From a virus: 58,475 nucleotides of DNA. Positions 49,401 to 57,500 of the stretch are shown here, in pieces (position 1 is the first letter of the stretch; every line of letters starts with the position of its first letter). Location of the stretch: IMG/VR virus record IMGVR_UViG_3300045988_031867, one strand, 5' to 3'. The notes beneath the pieces were generated by a model. That model saw only the letters and a program-made list of their open reading frames with translations, was not told the origin of the DNA and did no database searches. Both the position numbers and the translations under genes were made by a program.

Positions 49401-49502
49401 TTCTGTGTTGGTTATGGTTACGGTTCCGTCATCAGTTGTGATGACAAACTGCTTATCCACATTCTGTCGATAAAACAAGTCTTGCAAGGTGTAATCAACC
49501 AT
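46425..49502 (-). CDS. Tail-associated fibre/tip protein with C-terminal S74-type intramolecular chaperone domain
   Basis: 1025 aa. The N-terminus (FELTESLCSESELTFGACEAATVKF) is typical of siphovirus Tal N-domains. The C-terminus HLGFIAQDIEKAITEAGI...LGVNKQELIALCVWQIQKLKARINELE matches self-cleaving chaperone domains. Confidence 0.7.
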   Translation of the reverse strand: MVDYTLQDLFYRQNVDKQFVITTDDGTVTITNTELHQESFELTESLCSESELTFGACEAATVKFTISNIFTSLKDKWITVKIILDGNSDNSFILGRYKVVSDKPTADRIKREIEAYDALYDVINTDVVDWYNNILPTTDTYITFKTFRDSFFAHFGITQKEITLANDTMTVSRTVDTDEFSGGQVLNAICEINGCLGHIGRSGQFEFVYLSNTAPIIINKSYYTSADYQDYIVSQIDKLQIRQDENDIGAIVGTGSNTYVIENNFLVYGKDAATLKTIATNIFDKVKGITYRPAEISSSGNPCIEVGDAIKLSSKYAEINTYVLERILKGIQALTDSYTAQGEQLRTTQINSSNKSITQLKGRVNRLIRDVDQNKAEISNVEAGLKNEITQTASELDVKIQSLQSQIDGEITVINGHGVPTLYNYPAYNWVAGPKVGDILVEGTKFTYSDEVYRKHQRTLFFDEDTATTYRFIKKDDMWIWEPIADTEYSVIQKQIADLNVTAQGITQSVEQLSTKVTNEYITQIDAKTLVATTADGIKEDISKMYTTRDYVNTLSAEFNRTAEGLTAQISEVNEALDGANEVYTIQGTPTLQNYPAYNWTSGPVVGDKLTQGLRFTYSDTSYKKHNRALVYDEVAGKTYRFIKSGDTWGFSDVGDTEFSWVNKKLAEYKATADGLSADLSKFETKVNSDYITKIDAQASIKLSADELKEDFSKTISNYSTTTQMNLAISESAEGIMTNVSKTYATKGVVSRLETSIKATAEGLETKVSKDKLVTEINASAEKVLISSSKLDLKGLVTISALQESGQTVINADNITTGTIKGRRLEACAMDGGAIAIGANNIVMNEAGLWVIGECSADKPAYQVNNRGEIMQYWTDGIRRFYSNGLGVSGTWVTHFDEYTASSDWYKICIAANNTSDARYKNTIKSLDDEEHMEELFNSLKPSAFYYNKGTEYVETQRHLGFIAQDIEKAITEAGIEADMALFDHINEDKLGVNKQELIALCVWQIQKLKARINELEKDRRKKYE
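47235..48254. repeat. Internal tandem duplication of a ~170-aa module in the tail fibre gene
   Basis: GVPTLYNYPAYNWVAGPKVGD...TYRFIKKDDMW... (aa ~417-586) is repeated as GTPTLQNYPAYNWTSGPVVGD...TYRFIKSGDTW... (aa ~587-756). Confidence 0.8.
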
Positions 49503-49917
49503 TGTATACGCCTCCTATAAACGACATGTGGAATGAGCTGTAATGAAGCTCACCGCCGTATGTGCCGTATATTTGCGGTTGAAAGTCGGCAAGGTAGCCT
49601 TTTTGCGTTACATAATCGTTGTACTCAGGAATAAAAGCTGTGATTATACACTCTCTACCCCTTGAATTAGTGTAACTGTTGCGAATGTTTGACATAAGCT
49701 CCTCTAATCCGTTCTCGCTTCCTGTCAGCATGGCGCGCACATCAAACTCAACCTTTAGTGCTTTCAATTCCACGGCGTTACGGTGCAAATAGCCGTTAGC
49801 ATCCGTGTAATCGTCTATGTCTTGCATGTTTACATAAGCCTTGTAGCTGTCAGCCTTGATGAATTTTTGCGGGATGATATATTCTCCCACCTTAACTAAA
49901 AAACCGCCGTATGCCAC
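49495..49917 (-). CDS. Putative distal tail protein (start uncertain)
   Basis: The ORF lies directly upstream of, and overlaps, the Tal-like gene. GTG 49917 behind AAAGGCGG is the best start. Called by position. Confidence 0.35.
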   Translation of the reverse strand: MAYGGFLVKVGEYIIPQKFIKADSYKAYVNMQDIDDYTDANGYLHRNAVELKALKVEFDVRAMLTGSENGLEELMSNIRNSYTNSRGRECIITAFIPEYNDYVTQKGYLADFQPQIYGTYGGELHYSSFHMSFIGGVYNG

Positions 49918-49966
49918 CTTTACCGCCTTTCTAGGGCATAATAAAAGCACCTATCAATGATAGATG

Positions 49967-50716
49967 CTAAAATGCTATGTCCTGTCCTGTCTTATTAGTA
50001 ATGAACGCTCCCTTGTAGCCGGACGCTAACAGCCTGAGCCTTGTTGCCGTAGCACGCCAGTAAGCTTCGTATGCTCCGACCTGTACATGGTAGTTGCCCT
50101 CATAGTACTTAATTATCGCACTGTAACCCTTGCTCCTAACGTCTCTTGCCATGTTTATTGCATAAGCCTTGTTCTCAAAAGCTCCAACCTGTACACGATA
50201 GTACTTATCTGTGGTTGCCTGTACCGTCTGCCCTGGTAAATCAGCGTTGATGTACGGTGTCGGGTCTATCCAACTGAACTTAGAGGTATTCATAAACGAA
50301 TTAGCACCCCAAAAGTCGCTTGCATCAACCTTGTAAGCCTTGGTGTACTTCCTCAGCTCGAAATGTAAATGTATTCCTGTTGAATGACCGGTGTTGCCAA
50401 CAACGCCAATCAAATCACCACGCTTAATCACATCACCTGTCTTAACCCTAAGCTCTCTCATGTGTCCGTAGCCAGTGACATAGTTGTCATTATGCAGAAT
50501 CCACACGGCATTGCCATAGCCGTCACCGTTGCCAGCGTAAAGCACTGTGCCGTCCGAATGAGCCACAATATCGCTCTGAACGTATCTGTTGTCCTTTTGC
50601 GGCACAAGGTCAATTCCCTGTGCATAACCGCCATTCTTGACAGCTTCAACGTGCTGTGCATAATTCTGCGTCACAGCATAGCCCTGAACTGCAAATACTC
50701 TGTTACCAATGTTCAT
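49967..50716 (-). CDS. M23 peptidase with C-terminal SPOR domain (endolysin / tail lysin)
   Basis: GYGHM...GDLIGVVGNTGHSTGIHLHFE is the M23 signature. YYRVQVGAFENKAYAINMARDVRSKGYSAII..YHVQVGAY is a SPOR repeat. Confidence 0.85.
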   Translation of the reverse strand: MNIGNRVFAVQGYAVTQNYAQHVEAVKNGGYAQGIDLVPQKDNRYVQSDIVAHSDGTVLYAGNGDGYGNAVWILHNDNYVTGYGHMRELRVKTGDVIKRGDLIGVVGNTGHSTGIHLHFELRKYTKAYKVDASDFWGANSFMNTSKFSWIDPTPYINADLPGQTVQATTDKYYRVQVGAFENKAYAINMARDVRSKGYSAIIKYYEGNYHVQVGAYEAYWRATATRLRLLASGYKGAFITNKTGQDIAF

Positions 50717-50875
50717 AGTCTTATTCCTCCATGTGTCTAATTTTATCTAATAAAAAAGACAGCCCACACGGACTGCCCTTTATATTATCTATATAATTTA
50801 CTGTTTTTTATTAATATATATATTTATATATAATATATATACATATTAATCTTATCTATACTATTCTTATCTAAT

Positions 50876-50914
50876 CTAGGTTACGCTTTGTTGACAGACT
50901 GTATACAGATTTTA
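50876..50914. repeat. Conserved 39-bp element, copy 2
   Basis: ctaggttacgctttgttgacagactgtatacagatttta contains the 10-bp palindrome CTGTATACAG. It lies ~160-200 bp upstream of the M23 gene. Confidence 0.8.
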
Positions 50915-50944
50915 GTATAGTAAATCGTAAAAGCAATTTTAATT

Positions 50945-50976
50945 AAAAAACAGCACCCTAAAATAGAGTGCTGTTT
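50945..50976 (-). terminator. Intrinsic terminator
   Basis: Minus strand: aaacagcac-tctattttagg-gtgctgttt followed by TTT. Confidence 0.7.
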
Positions 50977-50984
50977 CATGTATA

Positions 50985-51188
50985 TCAGAAATCATCATCT
51001 TTATAATTCAGTTCTATTCCTATCTCATTCAGAACTTTTTGAACAAAAGGCTTTGGAAAGTAGAACCATCTCAGCTGCAAATAGCCCTCCAGAAACTCTT
51101 TAAGAGTAGCCTTTGAAGCGCCCTTCTCAATATATGCAACTACATGATGTACGCCGCCGAAATCGGGGCGATTGCACAGAGTGACAAC
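50985..51188 (-). other. 67-codon open extension in frame behind the TAG stop of ORF 51189..51548
   Basis: ...SGDG TAG VVTLCNRPDFGGVHHVVAYIEKGASKATLKEFLEGYLQLRWFYFPKPFVQKVLNEIGIELNYKDDDF TGA. There is no ATG/GTG/TTG start with an SD. The terminator follows this extension, not the TAG. Confidence 0.5.
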
Positions 51189-51548
51189 CTAGCCATCGCC
51201 ACTTCGTGTGTACTCCCTATAGTTCCACCAGTTTCTTGCCACGCGATTCTTCGCAAGAATCTCTTCGTACTTTTCGTGTGATAAAGCACGACAGTACTTG
51301 TTGAAGCCGCAAAGCCACATTACTTTTTCTTCATTACCATGAGGTAATGCAAGCGGCATTATTTTTGGAATATCTCCGTTGCATTCAACTAAGTAGGCAT
51401 CTCCAACCTTAGCTGGCTGAACAAGCACTGTCTTACCTTTCCAAAACAATGTCAAGGTACCATTGTCAAAGGAATATGTAGTGCTCATGGAGCTGCCTAC
51501 ATTTCCTCCCTGAGAATCCTCTGTTATAAATAATCTCTGATTTGCCAT
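51189..51548 (-). CDS. Hypothetical protein
   Basis: 119-aa ORF ending in TAG. Confidence 0.6.
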   Translation of the reverse strand: MANQRLFITEDSQGGNVGSSMSTTYSFDNGTLTLFWKGKTVLVQPAKVGDAYLVECNGDIPKIMPLALPHGNEEKVMWLCGFNKYCRALSHEKYEEILAKNRVARNWWNYREYTRSGDG

Positions 51549-51579
51549 AACGTGCCTCCTATACTTATTTGTTATTCTT

Positions 51580-51918
51580 TTATTCCGGAACGTAGTCTTC
51601 CTTGACTACCTCTATTTTTAGCAGTCTTTCCCATTTGACGAACTTAAAAACTGCCTTGCTCTCTGTACCGTCATCGCTCTTGATAAGCGTGCGCTCATTA
51701 ACTGCTACTATTACCGGTTTATCGCCTGCAAGCTTCAAGAACTCTGCCTGTAAGCCTATCGGAGCAACTATAGCGATAATGTCTGCCTGTGCTATCTCAT
51801 CCTGTAATTCCGTTGCGTGCTGGATTGTTTTGTCAACCTGTACAATGTCAACATCCCCCAACGCTGTTCTCTGTTCATCTGTCATTTCATGTCTGCTGAA
51901 CCATAACACTTTTTTCAT
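51580..51918 (-). CDS. Hypothetical protein
   Basis: 112-aa ORF with SD AAGGAGGT. Confidence 0.6.
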   Translation of the reverse strand: MKKVLWFSRHEMTDEQRTALGDVDIVQVDKTIQHATELQDEIAQADIIAIVAPIGLQAEFLKLAGDKPVIVAVNERTLIKSDDGTESKAVFKFVKWERLLKIEVVKEDYVPE

Positions 51919-51932
51919 CTTACTAACCTCCT

Positions 51933-52613
51933 TTATTTTTCTTCCTCAATCACTTTAATCAAGTCATTCAACCACCATGTAGCCATTGCCGATAATTGAG
52001 GAAAATAGTCCACAATATCAAGTGGGTACTGCGGTGCGTGTCCAGTCTCCGCTTCGTATATCTTCTTTGCCGCATCTAGGTCATACTCTTCGCCTATGCG
52101 TTTTAGAAGCCTATGGCAAACGTATGAAAGCTTACAATTAGTCTTATATGCTACCCATTCAAGGTTACTTCTGTTGCGCATATACCAACTCTTGACCTTA
52201 GGCACCAGTGTATTGCTTGTGTTGTACTTGGTGTCCTCAACCTGCACCGGTGCAACCGCTGTCTGTGGCTGTGCCTTAGCCTTGAAATATGCGTTTACAA
52301 GCTGTCTTTGTACCTGCCATGATAAGTCATCGGTGAATGTCTTAACTATCATCAAGTAGCCGCTTTCTGTCAAAAGAGTAATGCCTTTTGGCGGTATATT
52401 TTCAATGGTACTTTGAGTACCATTGAAATCTCTTGATAAAACAACATAATCCGTTCCTTCTTGAAAATACTTCTTATTCCTTCTAAAACTTGCTTTTGCG
52501 GTTCCGGACTTTCTCTGATGTACTGTGTCAATATCCTTGAATGTCACAACTCTCTGACCGTTGTACTCACGGATTGCCAGCTCTGTTCCCTCAATCTTTA
52601 CAAGCTCTGCCAT
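51933..52613 (-). CDS. ORF6N-domain antirepressor-like protein
   Basis: ELAIREYNGQRVVTFKDIDTVHQRKSGTAKASFRRNKKYFQEGTDYVVL. ATG 52613 is preferred over GTG 52622. Confidence 0.65.
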   Translation of the reverse strand: MAELVKIEGTELAIREYNGQRVVTFKDIDTVHQRKSGTAKASFRRNKKYFQEGTDYVVLSRDFNGTQSTIENIPPKGITLLTESGYLMIVKTFTDDLSWQVQRQLVNAYFKAKAQPQTAVAPVQVEDTKYNTSNTLVPKVKSWYMRNRSNLEWVAYKTNCKLSYVCHRLLKRIGEEYDLDAAKKIYEAETGHAPQYPLDIVDYFPQLSAMATWWLNDLIKVIEEEK

Positions 52614-52614
52614 A

Positions 52615-52728
52615 TCAGTCACCCCACTTTTCTAAGAATAATCTTACAAATGTAGCAAGATATTCCAGTGTGCCGCCACTTGTTATGCTGTCAATCAGCT
52701 TGTGAAGTATTGCTCTGTTTTCTTCCAT
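52615..52728 (-). CDS. Small protein of the GTLEYLxTFxxLFLEKWG family, 37 aa
   Basis: SD GGGAGG precedes ATG 52728. MEENRAILHKLIDSITSGGTLEYLATFVRLFLEKWGD. Confidence 0.5.
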   Translation of the reverse strand: MEENRAILHKLIDSITSGGTLEYLATFVRLFLEKWGD

Positions 52729-52850
52729 TACTGATTGCCTCCCTTCTCATTCCCGGCTAACACATTTGTGTATGCCAGTACGCACTTAAGGAAGTGCAAG
52801 TTGATGTGTTCTAAATTACTGATAATTGACTTGATAATCTGCTCTTTCAT
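52728..52850 (-). CDS. Small helical protein, 40 aa
   Basis: MKEQIIKSIISNLEHINLHFLKCVLAYTNVLAGNEKGGNQ. TAATG coupling to the next ORF. Confidence 0.35.
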   Translation of the reverse strand: MKEQIIKSIISNLEHINLHFLKCVLAYTNVLAGNEKGGNQ

Positions 52851-52981
52851 TATATCATACCATTCCTTTCCAAAAAACCTCTTGATTTTCCGCAAAAGGA
52901 ATGATAGTATAGATTTATCAATTCCTTTGCGGATTGGTGTACTAGAGTGGTTGCTTGACCGTCAAATCATTAGCAACCGCT

Positions 52982-53161
52982 CTATTTTTTTATTGACCTT
53001 TGGTACTCGCTTTCTATACCATTTCTGACAACATCTGATTTTGTGATATTCAGATTCCTTGATGCAATTTCCAGTTTCTCAACCATATCATCATCAAGTC
53101 TAACTCTAAGCATCGTGTCTTTGTTGTTATCAGTCTTAGGTCTGCCTGTTCTTGGCGACAT
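52982..53161 (-). CDS. Ribbon-helix-helix (CopG-like) protein, 59 aa
   Basis: SD AGAGGTGA precedes ATG 53161. MSPRTGRPKTDNNKDTMLRVRLDDDMVEKLEIASRNLNITKSDVVRNGIESEY. It replaces track ORF 53050..53253, which is in the wrong frame. Confidence 0.65.
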   Translation of the reverse strand: MSPRTGRPKTDNNKDTMLRVRLDDDMVEKLEIASRNLNITKSDVVRNGIESEYQRSIKK

Positions 53162-53181
53162 TTAATCACCTCTCTTCTTTT

Positions 53182-53223
53182 TGTCGCTACAATAAATATA
53201 ATACTGTCGCTACAAAAAGTCAA
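53182..53223 (-). promoter_or_regulatory. Promoter TTGACT-17-TATATT flanked by two TGTAGCGACA direct repeats
   Basis: The -35 is at 53218-23 and the -10 at 53195-200 (minus strand). The repeats are at 53205-14 (inside the spacer) and 53182-91 (just downstream of the -10). Confidence 0.6.
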
Positions 53224-53250
53224 GCACTTTTTTAAAATATTTTTCGCAAA

Positions 53251-53275
53251 CAAAAAGGAGCTTCTCAGCTCCCCC
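53251..53275 (-). terminator. Intrinsic terminator after the lipoprotein gene
   Basis: Minus strand: ggagct-gaga-agctcc followed by TTTTT. Confidence 0.7.
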
Positions 53276-53279
53276 TTGC

Positions 53280-54230
53280 TTATTTCTGATATAACACAAT
53301 AGGCTCTGTCTTTTCTAGTGAATTAAATCCAGAACCATAACAAATAAATCTTGTCTCAATATTTTCAATATCAGATATTGGACAATCCTTTGCGTTGTCG
53401 GAACTTATCCTCATTCCTTCCTTAGATTTCTTTCCAGCCGCAATGTCACAAGAATAAATTGGGTCAACCATGTAACCATTTATAGACATTTCTCTTGCTT
53501 GCACTGTCATACTTTGGTCTGTCAAGTTCTCTACTGTGACGATTATATCATAGCTGCCATCGTTATATCTCGTTTTTTCAACGCCGTTATATTCCACCCT
53601 TATGTAACTATCTTCATAAACTATATTGTCGGCTTCATTTGCATTATCAGGTGTTATAGGCTTGTATTCTACCCCGAAAGCATCAGATAAAAATTGAGAA
53701 AAACTGTTAAATGTATCGTAAAAACACATTTTATTTTCTTCAATTTCAACATCAATTCCCAAATCACACCATTCAGGAAGTGTTGTCAATATATTACCAT
53801 ATCTATCAGTGCTGCCTACAACTGTTTTACCGCCTATTTTTGAGTAAACAATACTGCCATCTGAACATTTTATTGTTAAAGTAAAATCAATATATTCACT
53901 ATCAACATCATTGATTATTCCAGCAAATACAAAATACATTATAGTTGCCATGTCAGAATTATCAGCCGTAGCATTTATAATATATTGTGATTTCATGCCA
54001 CTAGTTAAGGCAGTATATTCCACATTTCCACCAGTAACATCATATTGTCCTTTACGGCTATCAGACAGCTCAACTTCGGTTGCTGTTTCTGCAATAGTAG
54101 TTGTTTCTGGAATTTTCTCGATTGTGGTTTTTGCCGGTGTAGTTGTCTCTGCATTGCCCTGTGGACTATTGCAACCACAAACCATCAATGCGGCAGATAA
54201 AATAATTACTCCGATTTTTAATCTTCTCAT
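53280..54230 (-). CDS. Putative lipoprotein / secreted protein
   Basis: Start moved to ATG 54230 (MRRLKIGVIILSAALMVCGCNSPQG), a signal peptide with a lipobox-like VCGC. 316 aa. Confidence 0.55.
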   Translation of the reverse strand: MRRLKIGVIILSAALMVCGCNSPQGNAETTTPAKTTIEKIPETTTIAETATEVELSDSRKGQYDVTGGNVEYTALTSGMKSQYIINATADNSDMATIMYFVFAGIINDVDSEYIDFTLTIKCSDGSIVYSKIGGKTVVGSTDRYGNILTTLPEWCDLGIDVEIEENKMCFYDTFNSFSQFLSDAFGVEYKPITPDNANEADNIVYEDSYIRVEYNGVEKTRYNDGSYDIIVTVENLTDQSMTVQAREMSINGYMVDPIYSCDIAAGKKSKEGMRISSDNAKDCPISDIENIETRFICYGSGFNSLEKTEPIVLYQK

Positions 54231-54231
54231 A

Positions 54232-54474
54232 TTATCTGCTCTCCTTGCTGTCAAGGTGTTTTCTGATTGCGTGGACATCAACGCATAACCTTATGGTTAA
54301 AAACAACCATATCGCCGCCAAAAAAGTAGCAATAACATATACTGCAACATCCATTTTGTCTTGTGAAATTAAAATAAACGAAGCAATAATTACTCCTGCA
54401 ATCAATATAGCCAATATTGCACCACCTACGCCACTTCCCTGATTTTGAGTTGCATTTGTTTCATTCTGTTCCAT
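54232..54474 (-). CDS. Two-TM membrane protein
   Basis: 80 aa with hydrophobic segments GGAILAILIAGVIIASFILI and VAVYVIATFLAAIWLFLTI. Confidence 0.55.
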   Translation of the reverse strand: MEQNETNATQNQGSGVGGAILAILIAGVIIASFILISQDKMDVAVYVIATFLAAIWLFLTIRLCVDVHAIRKHLDSKESR

Positions 54475-54541
54475 AACATATTACCTCCCATATAATGTAG
54501 TGACTTCATTATTACACGATATGAGAGGTATGTCAACTTAA

Positions 54542-57500
54542 TCAATGCTCGAATAATCCTCGCCCTGTCCTCTGAAAGTAGCTTCTGTCTTCCTTGCGGA
54601 CAACATTACCGATTGCCTTACCGTCAATCTCAATCTTACTGCCTTGCTTGACTGCCGATATAAGCTCTCTTAGCAGTGCGTTTGTCTCGGCATTGTCCAC
54701 ACTCGAACTTGTGTTGTAATAGTTCTGCGTTGTGGTACTTGTCGATGTGCTTACGCTCGGCGTGTAATCGGCATAACCACTGTACAACTGCTGTGGGTGT
54801 ACCGCTTCAACCATGCCAAAACCAAAATCCTTGATAGACAATTCTGTCGGCTTGTAAAGGCTCTCCATGCCCTCCTTAAATCCCTCTGTAGTGTAGGCAC
54901 CAAGTTCAAACATAACCCTTGATGGTGAGTGAATGTCAAGGGCGGATTGGATAGTCTTTGCTACGTTCTTGGCTATCTCGTCTGCCTTGCTGTAAACTGA
55001 CTGCTCCATTGAGGTCAAGCCATTAAGGAACCCGGTCATTACTTGAACGCCAATACTTGGCATATTGACAGTTGTTTTGTCTGCAAAAGTAGTGCTCAAC
55101 TTAGCTGCCATGCTGGACACTTTATCTGTTGAAACTTTTTCGAGGCTATCAATACCTTGCATATAGCCTAAAATAGAATTTTTACCAATTCCACTAAAAC
55201 CCGATGATGGCTTATTGCCTTGTGAGCCTTGAGCTTCCATAAAAGTGCTAAGCGATAAGTTGGCAAGCCCAGCTACAGGTTTAATGAGCTGTTGAGAATT
55301 GCTATTTACACCGCCAATATAACCTGTAACAACCGATTTGCCTACATTTTGCATTTTAGTATTTGCTTCATTCGACAAACCCATTATCGCATTATTATTC
55401 ATGTTTATCAGAGACGTTTTTACATTAGGCTGATATTTTTTGATTGCGTCCGTATAACCGCTTACATCATATCCTGCCATGTCCGCAAATGCCTTAGTTG
55501 TGATATCTGCATTTGCTAATATAGCGTTACCGATAGCATTTGCATTTTGCATAGCCCAACCACTTACGTCATTCTCGGATACAGTAGCATTATCAAGCCA
55601 TCTTTGATACAAATGGTTGTCTTTCGATATCTCAATGCCTATTTGCTCTTTGCCTTGATTAATTGCAGTAATGGTCGGTTGTACCATATTCTTATTAACA
55701 CTCTTGGCAACATCCTGTATTGGATTTCTGAACAAGTCGGCAAATCCCCAGTCTTTTGTCTGCGCCTCTTGGAAAGCTTCAACCCCTGCTTTTTCAACCT
55801 GTGACTGTATGTAGTCAAATGTTGTGTTTATCTGATTGGTAATGTCGTCTTTTTCCTCAGTCCAGTTAGCATTATATATTTCCGCAAGATTGTCAATCCA
55901 ATCAAGGTATTGCCCTGCTTCTTCCGAGGTGATTTTACCACGTTCCAAAGCACGTTGAGTATATACTTTCCATTCATCGGCTTGCCCTATAAGGCTTTGA
56001 TAATATTCATCAACTTCATCAAACTTAGCTTTTCCTGCTTCGGTTATATCAGATATAGCTTTGGTGGTTTCTTCTAAGCTTTGAAAGTTAATATTGGTCA
56101 TGCTGTCAAAGCTGTTTTGCAAATCGACCTGTCGCTTAATTGCTTCACCGCTTAGATAGTTCATGTCGTCAAGTAAGCCATTAAGTGAGTCAACATCTGC
56201 TTGTGTAGCTTCGCCGCTAAGCATTTTGTCAAAAATCGTATTAGCTTGCGATTCCATATCGCTGTAAATGCCGTTAAATCTAGCATTGAAATCTGACAAT
56301 ATGGTTGTCATTTCACCCACGCTAATCCCTAACTTTGTCGCTGTATCTGCGGACATCTTAGCCAAAGCGTCCCATGCCATATCAGAACTAACATGCAAAT
56401 CATCACGCAATGCAGAAGCAAGGTCACCGACTGCTGTACGCATATCTTCTATATCCGTATTAGATATGTTCTTTAAATCCAAGTTGTCAAACTTAAATTT
56501 AAGATTTTCGACTTCTTCGCTTGCGCTCTGTAAGTTTGTGCTTACTCTGTCAAGCTCTGTCGCAAAGTTAGTCATATCTTCGCTTGATGTTCCAGTTGCA
56601 TTGATAAGGTCGATTACCTGTTGTGCTATATCGCCTATTGGTGTGCCTTGGCCATCAAATACACTCGTTTGTGTGAATGCGTCAATGCTGTTCTTATAGG
56701 CTTGCTCAATAGATATAATAGCTCCTGCCACTGCCGCTAATGCTCCAACAGCAAGCACTACATAACCGCCTGTGCTTAACGAAGCTATCGCTGTACCAAG
56801 TTTACCAACACCCTCACCAACGCTAACCGGCTTTGCACTTGAAATTTTCAAAATTGCATCTGCAAATTTACCTAAGCCGGTATTTATACCGCTTGCAATA
56901 GCAGAATAAGCTTTAAAGGCAAGAAGAGCTGTTGCAACGCCACCTAAAGCACCGCCCAATGTATGCCACACTGGAGCCGGAACTAAATTAAGTGCTTTAA
57001 ATAATATTTCTACGGCACCACCTAAAAGATTGATAGCAGGCGCACCGATATTGGATAAACCCTCGATAAAATCCAAAAAGCCTGTGCCTGTACCAACTGT
57101 AAACTTTTTAGCAAAGTCCAAAATGCCGTTAAAGCCGTTTTTAAGCTTCTTCCAGTCAACTTTACCGCCCCATGTTTTAAGCGGTTTAAACATGCGCTCA
57201 AAAAAACTTTGCACTTTGTCCGCCCATGCTTCAGCCTTATTCTCCATCTTGTCGAAAGCATCGTTCCATACCTTTTCATATTCTTCCGTAGCCTTGACAA
57301 TCTCGTCTGTGAGGTCGATTGTGTCACCTGCGCCAGTGGAAGCACCGCTTTTACTTGTTCCTGTGGTTCTATTTTCAAGTTCGTCAAATCCACGAACACC
57401 CTTTTGTGCGTTTTTAGCCGCATCTGCCACATCGTCATAGCCATTTGCTATATCCTCTAATCTGTCAGAGGTATCCTTATAACCGTTCTGCCCGAAAGCA

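Noticed and set aside
50800-50860. TA-rich simple sequence (tatatatatatttatatataatatatatacatatta) as a CRISPR or minisatellite array
   Set aside because: It has no repeat-spacer periodicity and is just low-complexity AT-rich promoter-region DNA. No CRISPR array is present anywhere in the window.
51189-51191. Genome-wide TAG reassignment with a phage suppressor tRNA
   Set aside because: The three tRNAs have anticodons UUC, UGG and UUG; none is CUA. TAG also terminates other genes followed by non-coding DNA (serine recombinase, RHH 52982..53161, ORF 19762..19941). Only a local event is considered.
53050-53253. 67-aa minus-strand ORF
   Set aside because: It is in the wrong frame. The overlapping SD-led 59-aa frame (52982..53161) gives a clean ribbon-helix-helix sequence, and the track ORF would run through the promoter and operator.
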